This document shows positions 21,414-31,679 of a stretch of DNA of 64,000 bases, piece after piece (position 1 is the first letter of the stretch; each line of letters begins with the position of its first letter). Both the position numbers and the translations under genes were made by a program. The stretch lies in the IMG/VR virus record IMGVR_UViG_3300021400_000484, positions 1-64,000 of that record. The stretch is one strand, 5' to 3'. The DNA is from an uncultured virus (IMG/VR IMGVR_UViG_3300021400_000484). Lineage: Duplodnaviria > Heunggongvirae > Uroviricota > Caudoviricetes. The notes beneath the pieces were generated by a model. That model saw only the letters and a list, made by a program, of their open reading frames with translations, was not told the DNA's origin and did not search any database.

Positions 21414-22045
21414 GATGATAAAGAACTCCTTGTTTTTGTGATAGGACTTGTTCGCGACAAGCGAACGAATATAGTATTATATCATTATATATAACAGTAG
21501 ATCAAAGACTTTTTCTTATATTACAAATGATCTTACAATATACGGTATTTGTAAGATCATTGTAGTTAGCTATATTAAGAACCTTTATTTACAACATCGT
21601 CAGAATAACATCTGTTGCTGTTGATTTACTACCAATGTAGTATGGTTTGCCATCGCAAATGTAGATTTTATGCTGTATTACAAGTATTACATAATTGTGA
21701 ACAAAAAAACTTTTGAAAATTAAAAAACAAATAACGAATGAACACAAGAATGAAAATTTCTTGTGTTCCATGTGTGATAAACATTAGTTGTCTTTTAAAC
21801 TAGAATTATAAGCTATTTGATGTCTCTACTACATGTGTAATACTGGTTTTAATATAATGTATAGGCTTTATCTATGTATTACATATATTACAAAATTTTC
21901 ATCAAAAATTTTTCAAATTTTAACAACGAAAATTTGTTTAAAGACTGATAATAAAATTTTTTAAAAGCAATACTGTATATGTCAACAAAACCATTACTGC
22001 GTATGAATGAGACTGTCCTACAACCACACATAATTTGTAGGAGTA

Positions 22046-22549
22046 TTGCTATATTCAAAACAACTGTCTTGGGTATCTATATTATATACGTCATATAGCA
22101 ATCGTTTATTCTATATGGGAGATTTTATTATGTATAAAGATAAACACTTAATCATAAATATCTTGATTGCATTGTGGGAATTACCACAAATTCTTATAGG
22201 GCTTATTATTTTAGCGATATTCCATAATAAGACTACATATACAAATCCATGCAATCATATCTCAGTTTGGAATATCAATGCACACGGTGCATTCGGAACT
22301 GCATGTTTCTCGTTAGGCCCTATCATTGTTACATGTAATGATAAAGTCGCAGAGAGAACGCTTAGACATGAAACTGGACATAGTAAACAATCAGTTATAT
22401 TAGGTATGTTTTATCTTATTGCTGTTGCAATCCCTAGTGTATTTCTATTTCAGTATAAAAAACTTTTCAAAAAATCTCAGGAATTCTACCTGTCGTCATA
22501 TCCAGAAAATTGGGCAGAAAAATTGGGTGGAAATATAACAAATAAATAA
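22046..22549 (+). CDS. Small membrane protein with HExxH motif (putative zinc metallopeptidase-like)
   Basis: WELPQ hydrophobic helix, FSLG, HETGHSKQS, E at ENWAEKLG; real start is probably 22116 or 22130. Confidence 0.65.
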   Translation: MLYSKQLSWVSILYTSYSNRLFYMGDFIMYKDKHLIINILIALWELPQILIGLIILAIFHNKTTYTNPCNHISVWNINAHGAFGTACFSLGPIIVTCNDKVAERTLRHETGHSKQSVILGMFYLIAVAIPSVFLFQYKKLFKKSQEFYLSSYPENWAEKLGGNITNK

Positions 22550-22593
22550 AATAACAATTGACATATTATTATATCTATAACATAGTTATTATG

Positions 22594-22680
22594 ACGAGGC
22601 TAGGCTGATCCCCGAAAAGAAGATTTATCCACTTCTTGCCTCGTTTTTATATTGGATATAAGTGTTAAGGATAAAACACC
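22594..22680 (+). promoter_or_regulatory. Structured leader RNA motif, copy 1
   Basis: ACGAGG-CTAGG..CCGAAAA-GAAG[ATTTATCCA]CTTC-TTG-CCTCGT; downstream TGGATA and hairpin GTGTT[AAGGATAA]AACAC-C-ATG. Confidence 0.75.
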
Positions 22681-23979
22681 ATGAGAAATTTGAAAACATT
22701 AGAAGAAAGAAGAAAAGAATTAGTAGGAAGAACTTTTGGAAAACTAACTGTAAAAGATGTTCAACCAAATGTGATAGAATCTACTGGTAAACGAGATGGT
22801 TATATTGCTATTTGTTTATGTTCATGTGGTAGAGAAAAAATAGTAAAAATAAATAAACTTTTATCGAATCATACAAAATCATTTGGGATGTGTCCTAGAG
22901 ATTATTTAGTTTATTCAAAAAAAGTATATACAAAATATAAAAAAGAATTTGTTGGGAAAACCTTTGGTAAATTAACTGTTATAGACATAAAACAATGTTA
23001 TACTTCTAACGGGAAGAAACATGGTTATGAGGCAATGTGTATTTGTGAATGTGGAAATACAATTACAGTATCAACTCATGATTTATCAACAGGTCATACT
23101 AAATCTTGTGGATGTTTTAAAGGTCATTATGCGAGTGAAAGTATTATTAAGTGGAGAAATAGTCATCCAGAAGAATCTAATAGTTTTGTCAAAAAATTAA
23201 GAGAATGGCATAAAAATAACACAGAAAAATCATTAGAAATATCTTGTAAAAATTTAAAGAAAGCAGAACAATGGAAAAGAGAACATCCTAAAGAATGTGA
23301 GGCCATACTAAAGAAAGCACAAGAAAAAGCTAAAACATGGAGAATTGATAAACCACAAAAATACAAGGAAGCATTAGAAAAAACAAAAAAATATTGGAAG
23401 AATCATCGTGACGAAATGATAAAAATTAGAAGAAAAATGTTGCTGTCGAGAACGTCGAAAGAAGAAAATGATGTTTTGTGTTTTTTAGAATCTTTAGGAT
23501 ATGATGTAGAAAGACAATTTTATTTAATGAATCATTTTTATGACTTTAGAATTGGAAATTTTTTGATTGAATATCATGGTTCTTCATATCATTATGCCAA
23601 ATATGAATGTTTAAAAAAACCAGAAGTAGGTGAACCTTCAAACCCAAAGCCAATAGAATATCATTTAAATTTAAGAGATATTGCTATACAAAATGGGTTT
23701 AATATAATACAGATATGGGACTATAATTGGATTAATAAAAAAGATTTTGTTCAAAATTTATTAAGAGAACAGCTTTCAGGTAATGCTAACTATAAAGATT
23801 ATTTAGAAGAAGGATTATTGAATAATGATTATGGTTTTATAATAGATGGAGAACAAATTCCACCAAAAGGTATTTGGATATCTACTAAATTTAGAAAAGT
23901 AGTAAAAGAAAGTTTTGAACGTGGAAAGACTCTTGTTTATAATTCAGGATATACTAAAGTATTCAAAGATGAAACGTAA
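22681..23979 (+). CDS. Free-standing homing-endonuclease-like protein
   Basis: Two G(R/K)TFGKLTV...CxCxCG...HTKS repeats, a helical linker, and a C-terminal Vsr/DUF559-like YDFRI..LIEYHG..H motif. Confidence 0.75.
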   Translation: MRNLKTLEERRKELVGRTFGKLTVKDVQPNVIESTGKRDGYIAICLCSCGREKIVKINKLLSNHTKSFGMCPRDYLVYSKKVYTKYKKEFVGKTFGKLTVIDIKQCYTSNGKKHGYEAMCICECGNTITVSTHDLSTGHTKSCGCFKGHYASESIIKWRNSHPEESNSFVKKLREWHKNNTEKSLEISCKNLKKAEQWKREHPKECEAILKKAQEKAKTWRIDKPQKYKEALEKTKKYWKNHRDEMIKIRRKMLLSRTSKEENDVLCFLESLGYDVERQFYLMNHFYDFRIGNFLIEYHGSSYHYAKYECLKKPEVGEPSNPKPIEYHLNLRDIAIQNGFNIIQIWDYNWINKKDFVQNLLREQLSGNANYKDYLEEGLLNNDYGFIIDGEQIPPKGIWISTKFRKVVKESFERGKTLVYNSGYTKVFKDET

Positions 23980-24063
23980 ATTAATTTTTTTGTTGACTTA
24001 TTATTTCTAAAGGTTTACATACGAAAAATGTAGATAGACTTTTTTTATCTTTCTATCTATATT

Positions 24064-24159
24064 TAGGTGGATAGCCCGACGGGGTGAAAAGAAGAATCGT
24101 CAGCTTCCTGCCACCTATCTTATCTCTATAATTCTGACGTGTATTATTGACGGAATACC
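24064..24159 (+). promoter_or_regulatory. Structured leader RNA motif, copy 2
   Basis: TAGGTGG-ATAG..GAAAA-GAAG[AATCGTCAG]CTTC-CTG-CCACCTA; downstream CTGACG and GTATT[ATTGACGG]AATAC-C. Confidence 0.75.
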
Positions 24160-24162
24160 ATT

Positions 24163-24324
24163 ATGACAAATCACCATCGTAAAAGTTTAAATTTGCTTGT
24201 ACAATTTGTTATGAAGATTATGGATATAGTAAATTTTAACAAGGTGAAAGTGTATTCTTTAGGCATGAGATTACATAGACATAACGGTATTTATTTGCTT
24301 TATTCAATGATTGTATTTAATTGA
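24163..24324 (+). CDS. Small 53-aa ORF after leader copy 2 (possible remnant)
   Basis: ATG 4 nt after the motif hairpin, open to TGA at 24324; no recognisable motif. Confidence 0.3.
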   Translation: MTNHHRKSLNLLVQFVMKIMDIVNFNKVKVYSLGMRLHRHNGIYLLYSMIVFN

Positions 24325-24341
24325 ATTGAAGGAGTACTGTT

Positions 24342-27065
24342 ATGATGAAAGAAATCAATCCGTTGGTGTCTTATTGCTTTAGAATGGCAAATACAGAAAG
24401 CAAAACGAGAAGGGAAATTCTTGACGATATAGCAGTAATGCTAGACGAAATAAAAGTGCATGATGGCCTTGAAGCGCTGAGTGTGCAGAATAAAAATGTG
24501 TTCCTAATTCGTAATTGTGAGTTTGAAACATTTAAGCTAGGCAAATTTACAATCAACGAATCAGATATAAAAATGCGTGATAACATTGCATCAAAGATTG
24601 TTAAATTCTTCGATATGGTGCATGTCAGGAATAATTGCTATGTTGAGTTGACGCCTTATGGGATTTCAATTTATGCCAAATTTAGGAATAAGGTTAAGCT
24701 GGACAAAGACGGTGCTGTTTTTGGAAAGCATAATCTTTGCTTCTGCGAGGCTGGTTATAACGAAAACACAAATGATTTCGTAATGGTTGCGCCGACGAAC
24801 ATTCCTTGCTCAACAGGTAGTCTCGTTTTTAAAAGCATCACACATAGCGATTTAAGAGAATTTGTAAATAACGAGAAAAAGAGAATAGTATTTAGTGATA
24901 CAGTTGACGAACCAGTACGACAGATGTCTTTTTGCACGGCAAAAGATTTTATCATTACATGCTATAACGCTTATTTGTTTGCCAAGAATAATGAGATTTC
25001 ATTTGCACTGGAATCAGGTGAAACTATAAACACGACGAATCCTTTTACGAAGCAGAAATTAATTTTCACAGAAGAACAGACACAATGGCTGTTGGAAAGC
25101 AAATCTGATTTTTCAAAGCTGATGATGATTAGCAAAGAAATTTTAAAGCAAAGTAATTTTATATATGATGATGTGACAGAAAAATTTTATGATGAAAACT
25201 GCAATTCTTATACGAGGGATGATATTGCAGAGAAAATCATAACAATGAATAGTTCGGTGAATCTAAACGAATTTAAAAAGAAAATATTGTCTGAACTTAT
25301 ATCATACGAGCGGTATGGAATTAAGAAAAGTGACATTTGCAAGATGCTCATGGAAAAGCGCATGGCGTCTGTGAAAGAATACACATATTCAATCGAAAAG
25401 TTCTGTGCGCGAGTTGGATTTGATCAGTATGAAACAGAAAATATGAAACGTGTGCTTTGCGCTCTTGTGCAAAAGCAGCTAAACCCTGAGACTGTATTTC
25501 AGCAGGTTGTCTATTTCGTAAGTAAACGTCAGGGTGTCGGCAAGACTTTGTTTTGGCAAGCTATTGGTGAAGAATTAAATCCGATAGCCTCTTATCATAA
25601 AGTATCGACTAAAGAACCTATTAGGGATTTGGCTATATATGCAAGGGAAACACCTTTGCTTTTATTCGATGAAGCAAATCTATTAGATGCAAATTTCAAC
25701 AATTTTTTGAATCAATATACATCTGATAAAGGATTTACTTATCGCAAGTTATATACACACGAATCTGTTATGGCTGTAAAGAGGAGTATTCCTATCGTTT
25801 TAGCCAATCATATTTCTGGTGCTGTCTTGTTTGGCGAACAGATAGGTGCGCGTCGTCCGTGGATTTTTGATTTCAGTAGAAACGGAATTGAACGGAATAC
25901 TTTTAAGGCTTTCCATTATAAAAAAGGTGAAGCTAAACATGGCAAGGTGACTGCAAAAAATCTTATTGATGATGCGTGCTTTATTGTTAAACAAAACCTA
26001 GGCAATCCTAATTTTGAATGCGGTGACAATCCGAATCGAAAAGTTTATACAGAATTAAGAAATAAATATTATGTTGATTCTGATTCATTGGATTGTCAGG
26101 TTGAGCTAAGATTGCATGATATTATTGATTATGCGAATAAACATAAAGAACTTTTTTACTGGCATAAAGTGAAGTCTGGTGAAGCATATCCTGCAATATG
26201 CTTGACGCCGCAAAAGTGGGCGCAGCTTCTACATGATGGATATGTTAGTGGAATTGAAACAAAACAAAAAGGCGACAAAGCAGATGACGACGTGTTTAAA
26301 TATAGTTCGTCGAGATTTGCTAGGGTTTCGCTTAGTGTTAAGACAATCATAAATAGAATACTTGTGAAGTTCCCAAATGGATGCAATGATCCAAAGACAA
26401 TGTGTGATGCATCTTGCGGCTATCGTAAATCTGTGAGGGGGATTCCTATTTGGGATTTATTGACTGAATTTAAGAACCAAATAATGAAACCAAAGCCAGA
26501 GAAATTTAATTATTGTGGTTCTTGCTATGATTATGAAAATGATTTCGTATATGTGACTGATGATGGCGAAATCTTTGAACGTGATTCATCTGAAAATAAG
26601 TTTTTTGATGATGATGTCATTGAATATGATTGTTTAAAAGTTAAGAATAGCTGTGATTTAATCAGAAATAAAAAAGAAAAAACAAGTGTTAATGAAAGCA
26701 AGCCTGTTGAACATTCAAAGACAAACGAAAACACAAAGCATGGATTTCATAAGAGAAATTTGTGCAAAAGTAAGAGTATAAATAAGATAAGTATTGCGAA
26801 AACAATGCTATTGTCAGATTCGCAAAGCATGGAATTGTCAAAAGATTCATCTTTTGATAAAGTGTGTAAGGTCGTCGATGCAGTTATTAAGCAGAACGAA
26901 AAGAATCTTATGATACTTCAACAGTTAGAAACGTTGGATAAAGACTTTTCTGATGATCAGCGAGATATACTGCATGATATTTTATTGACTCATGAGGATA
27001 ATTATAGTGGCGCTGTTGTCGGCGTCGATCTGGCTGTTAAGCGTGAAGACGAAATACTATTCTAA
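24342..27065 (+). CDS. VapE-like P-loop NTPase (putative replicative primase-helicase-type protein)
   Basis: SD AAGGAG; Walker A QGVGKT, Walker B LLFDEA, FTYRKLY, IVLAN, GARRPW. Confidence 0.75.
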   Translation: MMKEINPLVSYCFRMANTESKTRREILDDIAVMLDEIKVHDGLEALSVQNKNVFLIRNCEFETFKLGKFTINESDIKMRDNIASKIVKFFDMVHVRNNCYVELTPYGISIYAKFRNKVKLDKDGAVFGKHNLCFCEAGYNENTNDFVMVAPTNIPCSTGSLVFKSITHSDLREFVNNEKKRIVFSDTVDEPVRQMSFCTAKDFIITCYNAYLFAKNNEISFALESGETINTTNPFTKQKLIFTEEQTQWLLESKSDFSKLMMISKEILKQSNFIYDDVTEKFYDENCNSYTRDDIAEKIITMNSSVNLNEFKKKILSELISYERYGIKKSDICKMLMEKRMASVKEYTYSIEKFCARVGFDQYETENMKRVLCALVQKQLNPETVFQQVVYFVSKRQGVGKTLFWQAIGEELNPIASYHKVSTKEPIRDLAIYARETPLLLFDEANLLDANFNNFLNQYTSDKGFTYRKLYTHESVMAVKRSIPIVLANHISGAVLFGEQIGARRPWIFDFSRNGIERNTFKAFHYKKGEAKHGKVTAKNLIDDACFIVKQNLGNPNFECGDNPNRKVYTELRNKYYVDSDSLDCQVELRLHDIIDYANKHKELFYWHKVKSGEAYPAICLTPQKWAQLLHDGYVSGIETKQKGDKADDDVFKYSSSRFARVSLSVKTIINRILVKFPNGCNDPKTMCDASCGYRKSVRGIPIWDLLTEFKNQIMKPKPEKFNYCGSCYDYENDFVYVTDDGEIFERDSSENKFFDDDVIEYDCLKVKNSCDLIRNKKEKTSVNESKPVEHSKTNENTKHGFHKRNLCKSKSINKISIAKTMLLSDSQSMELSKDSSFDKVCKVVDAVIKQNEKNLMILQQLETLDKDFSDDQRDILHDILLTHEDNYSGAVVGVDLAVKREDEILF

Positions 27066-27077
27066 AAAGGATTTAGA

Positions 27078-27347
27078 ATGTCTGACTACGAGAACGAATA
27101 TAACAATATGCTCAACGCATTGAAAAATGGAGAAAATCCATTTAAGCGTTCTGAACAAGTCGAGAAATGGCACGAAGAACTTGACAATGAAAAATTCAAA
27201 TGTGAAATGATTTATCAGGAACGACAGAAGAAAAAAGAATCAGAAGAACGTGATAATCATTTTAAATTGTGGAGCGAACGTGCTGTCGAAGACAATGATC
27301 TTGATTGCATTTTCGGAAAAACGCCATTGCCAAAAAAGAAAAATTGA
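27078..27347 (+). CDS. Hypothetical protein
   Basis: 89-aa ORF with SD AGGA. Confidence 0.6.
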   Translation: MSDYENEYNNMLNALKNGENPFKRSEQVEKWHEELDNEKFKCEMIYQERQKKKESEERDNHFKLWSERAVEDNDLDCIFGKTPLPKKKN

Positions 27348-27424
27348 ATTAGAAAAAACTAGCATTCGCATATCCATGTTGGATAGGCATAACATACACT
27401 TTTTTGCAAAAAAGGAAACAAACC

Positions 27425-28606
27425 ATGCAGATCAATTTCGATGAGAATTGTTCAAATTCAGAAAGAATCGCAAAAGACCTTATTGAAAAGGTTTTGGATT
27501 TTGTGGACAGATCAAAGTCAAAACGCAAAGACACTGTTCGTGAAACACTAAAAAATTATGATGCTGCGCTCATAAATGTATTTGATAAGATGATTGAGCG
27601 CAAGGCGATCATACTTCATTCAGAGAGTGTGAATGGTCATCGTAGAACAATGATTTCGACAGCACCGCGCAATCTCGTTTTTTATTCAGTTAAAAAGATG
27701 ACCAATGAAGTTCCTTCCATAGATGAAATGGAAACAGCATTTAAAGAGACATGGCTAAATAGCACTGTTCAGCCACCAAAGAACTGTGAAAAGTTCTGCG
27801 GTCTTAAAACTGAAAAAGATGCGTTCAAAACGTTTATGGATATGTCTTTTGGTGATTTCTATATCCTTGCTTCTTATTGTTTTTGTGAATATGACAGAAT
27901 TAAACAAAGAAAAGAAAAAGAAGAATTGCTTGCAAAGAAATCAAAAGAGTTGAAGCAGGAAAAAGTCAAAGTTCAATCGCAGCAGAAAGTTGAAGTCAAA
28001 CAAATTGAAAAAGCAGACAAGCCGAAATCTGCAAAAGATGATGCGCTTCAACATATTGCAAAAACATTGCAAAAGAAAAGTACTGACAAAGCACAGACGC
28101 CAAAAGTCGAAGAACAACAGCCTGCCGCCGCCGCACCTGTAACAGAAGATGTCATGGAAACAATCTTGGATGATATGTCTAAATTTAACGAGGATGAGGC
28201 CAAGGGTGTTTCAAAGAATACTGCTTTTGACCAATACCGCAATAAGCGTGAAAAATTGCGTAAATCTGTTGCTGATAAGATTGATGCGCTTCACATGCTT
28301 GCTGACATCAATGCTTATTTAAAATATAGCCTCGTTGAATTAAAGCGCATGTTAGACCCTGCGTTGTTCCGTGGCAACCAATATGCAAATCTCAAGTATT
28401 CAAACAATGAAGTGTTTGAGTGTGGATTTGATAATACAAACATTCTTATGACAAAGATTTGTTTGGATATTGAATCATTAGAAAGAATGAAAACAATTGT
28501 TGACAATGCTCTCGAAGTAAAGTCTCTTTTTGAGAAAGCAAAAGATAATTTTGAGGATGGTGTCACAAAGGAAGAACTTGAGATTGTAAAATCTTTGGCA
28601 AAATAG
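27425..28606 (+). CDS. Hypothetical protein
   Basis: ~393-aa ORF with SD AAGGA, followed by a terminator. Confidence 0.75.
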   Translation: MQINFDENCSNSERIAKDLIEKVLDFVDRSKSKRKDTVRETLKNYDAALINVFDKMIERKAIILHSESVNGHRRTMISTAPRNLVFYSVKKMTNEVPSIDEMETAFKETWLNSTVQPPKNCEKFCGLKTEKDAFKTFMDMSFGDFYILASYCFCEYDRIKQRKEKEELLAKKSKELKQEKVKVQSQQKVEVKQIEKADKPKSAKDDALQHIAKTLQKKSTDKAQTPKVEEQQPAAAAPVTEDVMETILDDMSKFNEDEAKGVSKNTAFDQYRNKREKLRKSVADKIDALHMLADINAYLKYSLVELKRMLDPALFRGNQYANLKYSNNEVFECGFDNTNILMTKICLDIESLERMKTIVDNALEVKSLFEKAKDNFEDGVTKEELEIVKSLAK

Positions 28607-28651
28607 AAAATATATAGTTGCGAAATTATATATATTTGTATTATATAATAA

Positions 28652-28681
28652 AGCCGTGTCGAAAGATGCGGCTTTTTTTTT
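28652..28681 (+). terminator. Intrinsic terminator
   Basis: AAGCCGTGTC-GAAA-GATGCGGCTT plus T-run. Confidence 0.8.
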
Positions 28682-28849
28682 GTATGGGTTTCGGCGATAG
28701 CCTACATTCAAAGGGAAATTGATAATTTTGAAAGCATGGAAGCTAAAAGAACAAAGAAAAGAATTGTTGATTGATGATGCACTTATACACTCATTCTGTT
28801 TCTTTGTATTGTTTGTTATATTAATGATTATAATTGGAGCATTATTAGA

Positions 28850-29515
28850 ATGTATGAAAATCTAAAAAATAATAATGATTGTGATAAAAATTCAAATTTA
28901 ATTTGTTTTAGAAAATCAGTTTTTGCTGGAATTTGCATATCTATAGGCGGAACTGTTTATCTTAGTATTGGCGGCATTGCAGGTGCGGTGCTATTCGCGT
29001 TTGGTCTGCTTGCTGTCGTACATTATCAGCTTCCACTTTATACAGGAAAAGTTGGTTTTATAAAAACAAAGCATGACGCAAAAATGTTGCCGCTTATCTT
29101 ATTAGGAAATATAGTTGGTGCTTTCTTTTTTGCGCTTGCTATGAAATGTGCGAAGCCTGATTTGATACAGGTCGCAAATTCTATTGTAGAAAAACGTGTC
29201 AGTTTAAATTTATTGCAGATGCTTATATTACCAATTGGATGCGGAATAATTATGACTACGGTTGTTAAATTTGCAAGGCAAAAGAAATTTATTCCACTGC
29301 TGATTGGAATACCTGTATTCATTCTTTGTGGTTTTATACACAGCATTGCAGACGCTTTTTATTATTCAATGGCATCTTTAAGCACTTTTACTGATAATGC
29401 ACTATCTATTGTTATAGCATATATCTGTGCAGTAATTGGTAATTTTATTGGTTGTGTATTACCAAACGAATTTAATTTTGGATTCTTTTTGGATGCAGAT
29501 GACAATAGCAAATAG
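28850..29515 (+). CDS. Formate/nitrite transporter (FNT) family channel
   Basis: AGICISIG, LYTG, GNIVG, GFIHSIAD, GNFIG motifs; about six TM helices. Confidence 0.85.
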   Translation: MYENLKNNNDCDKNSNLICFRKSVFAGICISIGGTVYLSIGGIAGAVLFAFGLLAVVHYQLPLYTGKVGFIKTKHDAKMLPLILLGNIVGAFFFALAMKCAKPDLIQVANSIVEKRVSLNLLQMLILPIGCGIIMTTVVKFARQKKFIPLLIGIPVFILCGFIHSIADAFYYSMASLSTFTDNALSIVIAYICAVIGNFIGCVLPNEFNFGFFLDADDNSK

Positions 29516-29554
29516 TCTGCATTATTATATAACCATATTTTTAAGGATATTATT

Positions 29555-30295
29555 ATGTCACCATGCAATTTTAGATTTAGCAAGCCTAAAAATGGTTTAT
29601 TTATTCCAGTTATCGGTGCGATAGCGACAGGCAAATCTAGTTTTACAAAAGCATTAGGTGAAGTTATTAGAGAAGAATCAGGTGAGTGTAGATGCTTTTA
29701 TGAGCCAGCGGCAAAAGAGGATGGCGAGGCTTCCGTGTTTATGCCATTGTTTTATAAAGATCAACAACGTTGGGGATTTACAGTGCAAGTTGAAATGCTG
29801 ACAAAACGTTTAAAGCAGCATAAACTTGCTCAAACATTAAGCCGTGATGGAATTTCGAGTGTTGCTGATTCTGCTATTTGGTCTGATGGTGTTTTCGTTA
29901 ATTTGTTAGAAAAAGACGGAAAGATGACACATGATGAAGCAAATTTGTATTATGATTTGTTCGCAGAAATGACTTGTGGAAATCTGTCTTATCCAACAGC
30001 TATAATATATTTGTCAGTCACACCAGAAAAAGCACTTGAAAGGTTAAACAAGCGCATGACAGAAAAAGCAGGTCGTAAAATGGAAGCAAATATTCCGATT
30101 TCTTATCTTGCAGGCTTAATTGCAGAATATAATGAACTTGTTTCACATCTTAGAAATTTCTGTCATGTTTTGACTGTTGATTGGATGCAGGATAGAACAC
30201 CTATTGAAATAAAAGAATCTGCTAGAGAAATATTGCACACAATAAAAGAATTGAGAAAAAATTGTCCAATAGGTTGTCAAATCGGATTAGAATGA
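29555..30295 (+). CDS. Deoxynucleoside kinase (dAK/dGK family)
   Basis: GAIATGKSS, YEP, FYKDQQRWGFTVQ, IYLSVTPE..LERL..R..E. Confidence 0.9.
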   Translation: MSPCNFRFSKPKNGLFIPVIGAIATGKSSFTKALGEVIREESGECRCFYEPAAKEDGEASVFMPLFYKDQQRWGFTVQVEMLTKRLKQHKLAQTLSRDGISSVADSAIWSDGVFVNLLEKDGKMTHDEANLYYDLFAEMTCGNLSYPTAIIYLSVTPEKALERLNKRMTEKAGRKMEANIPISYLAGLIAEYNELVSHLRNFCHVLTVDWMQDRTPIEIKESAREILHTIKELRKNCPIGCQIGLE

Positions 30296-30351
30296 TATAA
30301 TATATCTATGTTTGATCGTTTCCTACTTACGATTCAAGCATGTAACCACCG

Positions 30352-30391
30352 AATCCCCATCATGATAATTCGTTGTGATGGGGATTTTTTT
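30352..30391 (+). terminator. Intrinsic terminator
   Basis: AATCCCCATCAT...GTGATGGGGATT plus T-run. Confidence 0.8.
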
Positions 30392-30476
30392 ATAATTTAC
30401 ATATTTAAACAAATTTGATATTTAATGATATTAGGATAGGAAATGGATATTCCGATGTTCTTTGATAATATAATGA

Positions 30477-31259
30477 TTGGAGAATGTTATGCCATTAGAT
30501 TTAATATCACTTGTGCAGTGGTTAAAATTCAACGAAAGAGAAACGGATGAATTTTTCTCTGCATGTATGAATAATAGAATCAAAACGAGTTCGAGGGTAA
30601 CAAAAAGAAGTATAAACGAACTAATTGAATTGGATAGGGAATATTTAAAAAAAGCATATAATGCAAAAACGACAACAAAAATAGAAGAAATAAGGTCTGG
30701 TGTTAAGGTTGATTACGTTTCACAAAAATTTTATCTTAAATATATTGACTGGTATATTGTAAAGCCACTTGGAAAAAATGGATTGGATTCATATCGTGTT
30801 TTCTTTCCATTATATCTGCCAAACACAGAAGCACTTGAGCAAATAAAGAATTATCTTGTCGATTTCCGATGTCCGTGTTTTCCTTTTGATTATATTTCGC
30901 TGACAGATATGACAGATGGCAAGGAAACAATTATTTTTATCGGTGCGATGAATGAGGCCGAGCCGATGTGTAAAAGTCCATTGGGTCACAAATGGGAGTG
31001 GAATGTTTTTCGCGAGGATGTTAAAGAAATTTACCTTGCAAAATGCAGCCATTGTGGTATTGAGAGAGAAGCTGTAATTGGTGATAATCGAAATCACCAG
31101 TGGAATGAGAATCACGGATGGCGGTATCTGTCACCTGACAACATTCCATTTACAGACGGCAGCAAGGAAAAAGTCGAAATTTCTTACGAAGATGACGATG
31201 AATCATGTGATCTTTGTGATGCAGATGATTTCGACGAATATGATGACGATGACATCTAA
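30477..31259 (+). CDS. Hypothetical protein with C-terminal zinc ribbon and acidic tail
   Basis: C....GHKW...CSHCG motif. Confidence 0.65.
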   Translation: MENVMPLDLISLVQWLKFNERETDEFFSACMNNRIKTSSRVTKRSINELIELDREYLKKAYNAKTTTKIEEIRSGVKVDYVSQKFYLKYIDWYIVKPLGKNGLDSYRVFFPLYLPNTEALEQIKNYLVDFRCPCFPFDYISLTDMTDGKETIIFIGAMNEAEPMCKSPLGHKWEWNVFREDVKEIYLAKCSHCGIEREAVIGDNRNHQWNENHGWRYLSPDNIPFTDGSKEKVEISYEDDDESCDLCDADDFDEYDDDDI

Positions 31260-31280
31260 CACACAGCACAGAGGAAAACA

Positions 31281-31541
31281 ATGAACGACAGCAAACAACT
31301 TATTACTCGTTACAACACACTGTTAAAAAAACAAAAGGATTCAGAGACAAGGCTTGTTGAGCTACGCACACAGTATAAGGTTGCAAAAGACGAGCTGGAT
31401 GCGCTGACACAGCAATTAAAGCAAGACTTCAATGTGAACAGCATAGATGAGGCGAAAGACTTGCTTGAGCAATACAGACTTGATATTGAAATGGAGTTAG
31501 ATTCGCTTGAGGAAAATGTGAATCAATTGGACGGGATCTGA
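31281..31541 (+). CDS. Small coiled-coil protein (SbcC-associated)
   Basis: SD GAGG; heptad pattern; precedes the SbcC-like ATPase half. Confidence 0.7.
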   Translation: MNDSKQLITRYNTLLKKQKDSETRLVELRTQYKVAKDELDALTQQLKQDFNVNSIDEAKDLLEQYRLDIEMELDSLEENVNQLDGI

Positions 31542-31679
31542 TGCTTGCGTTGCAATCAATCATATTCTGCCTACTTGCAAATGGGGTTGGTTATCAGACA
31601 TATTCGGATGCCAATCACGATTGCTTTTTGGTTTGCAAAAATTTTTTCCAAGTCGAACGCATTTGCGTGGGGAACAGCA

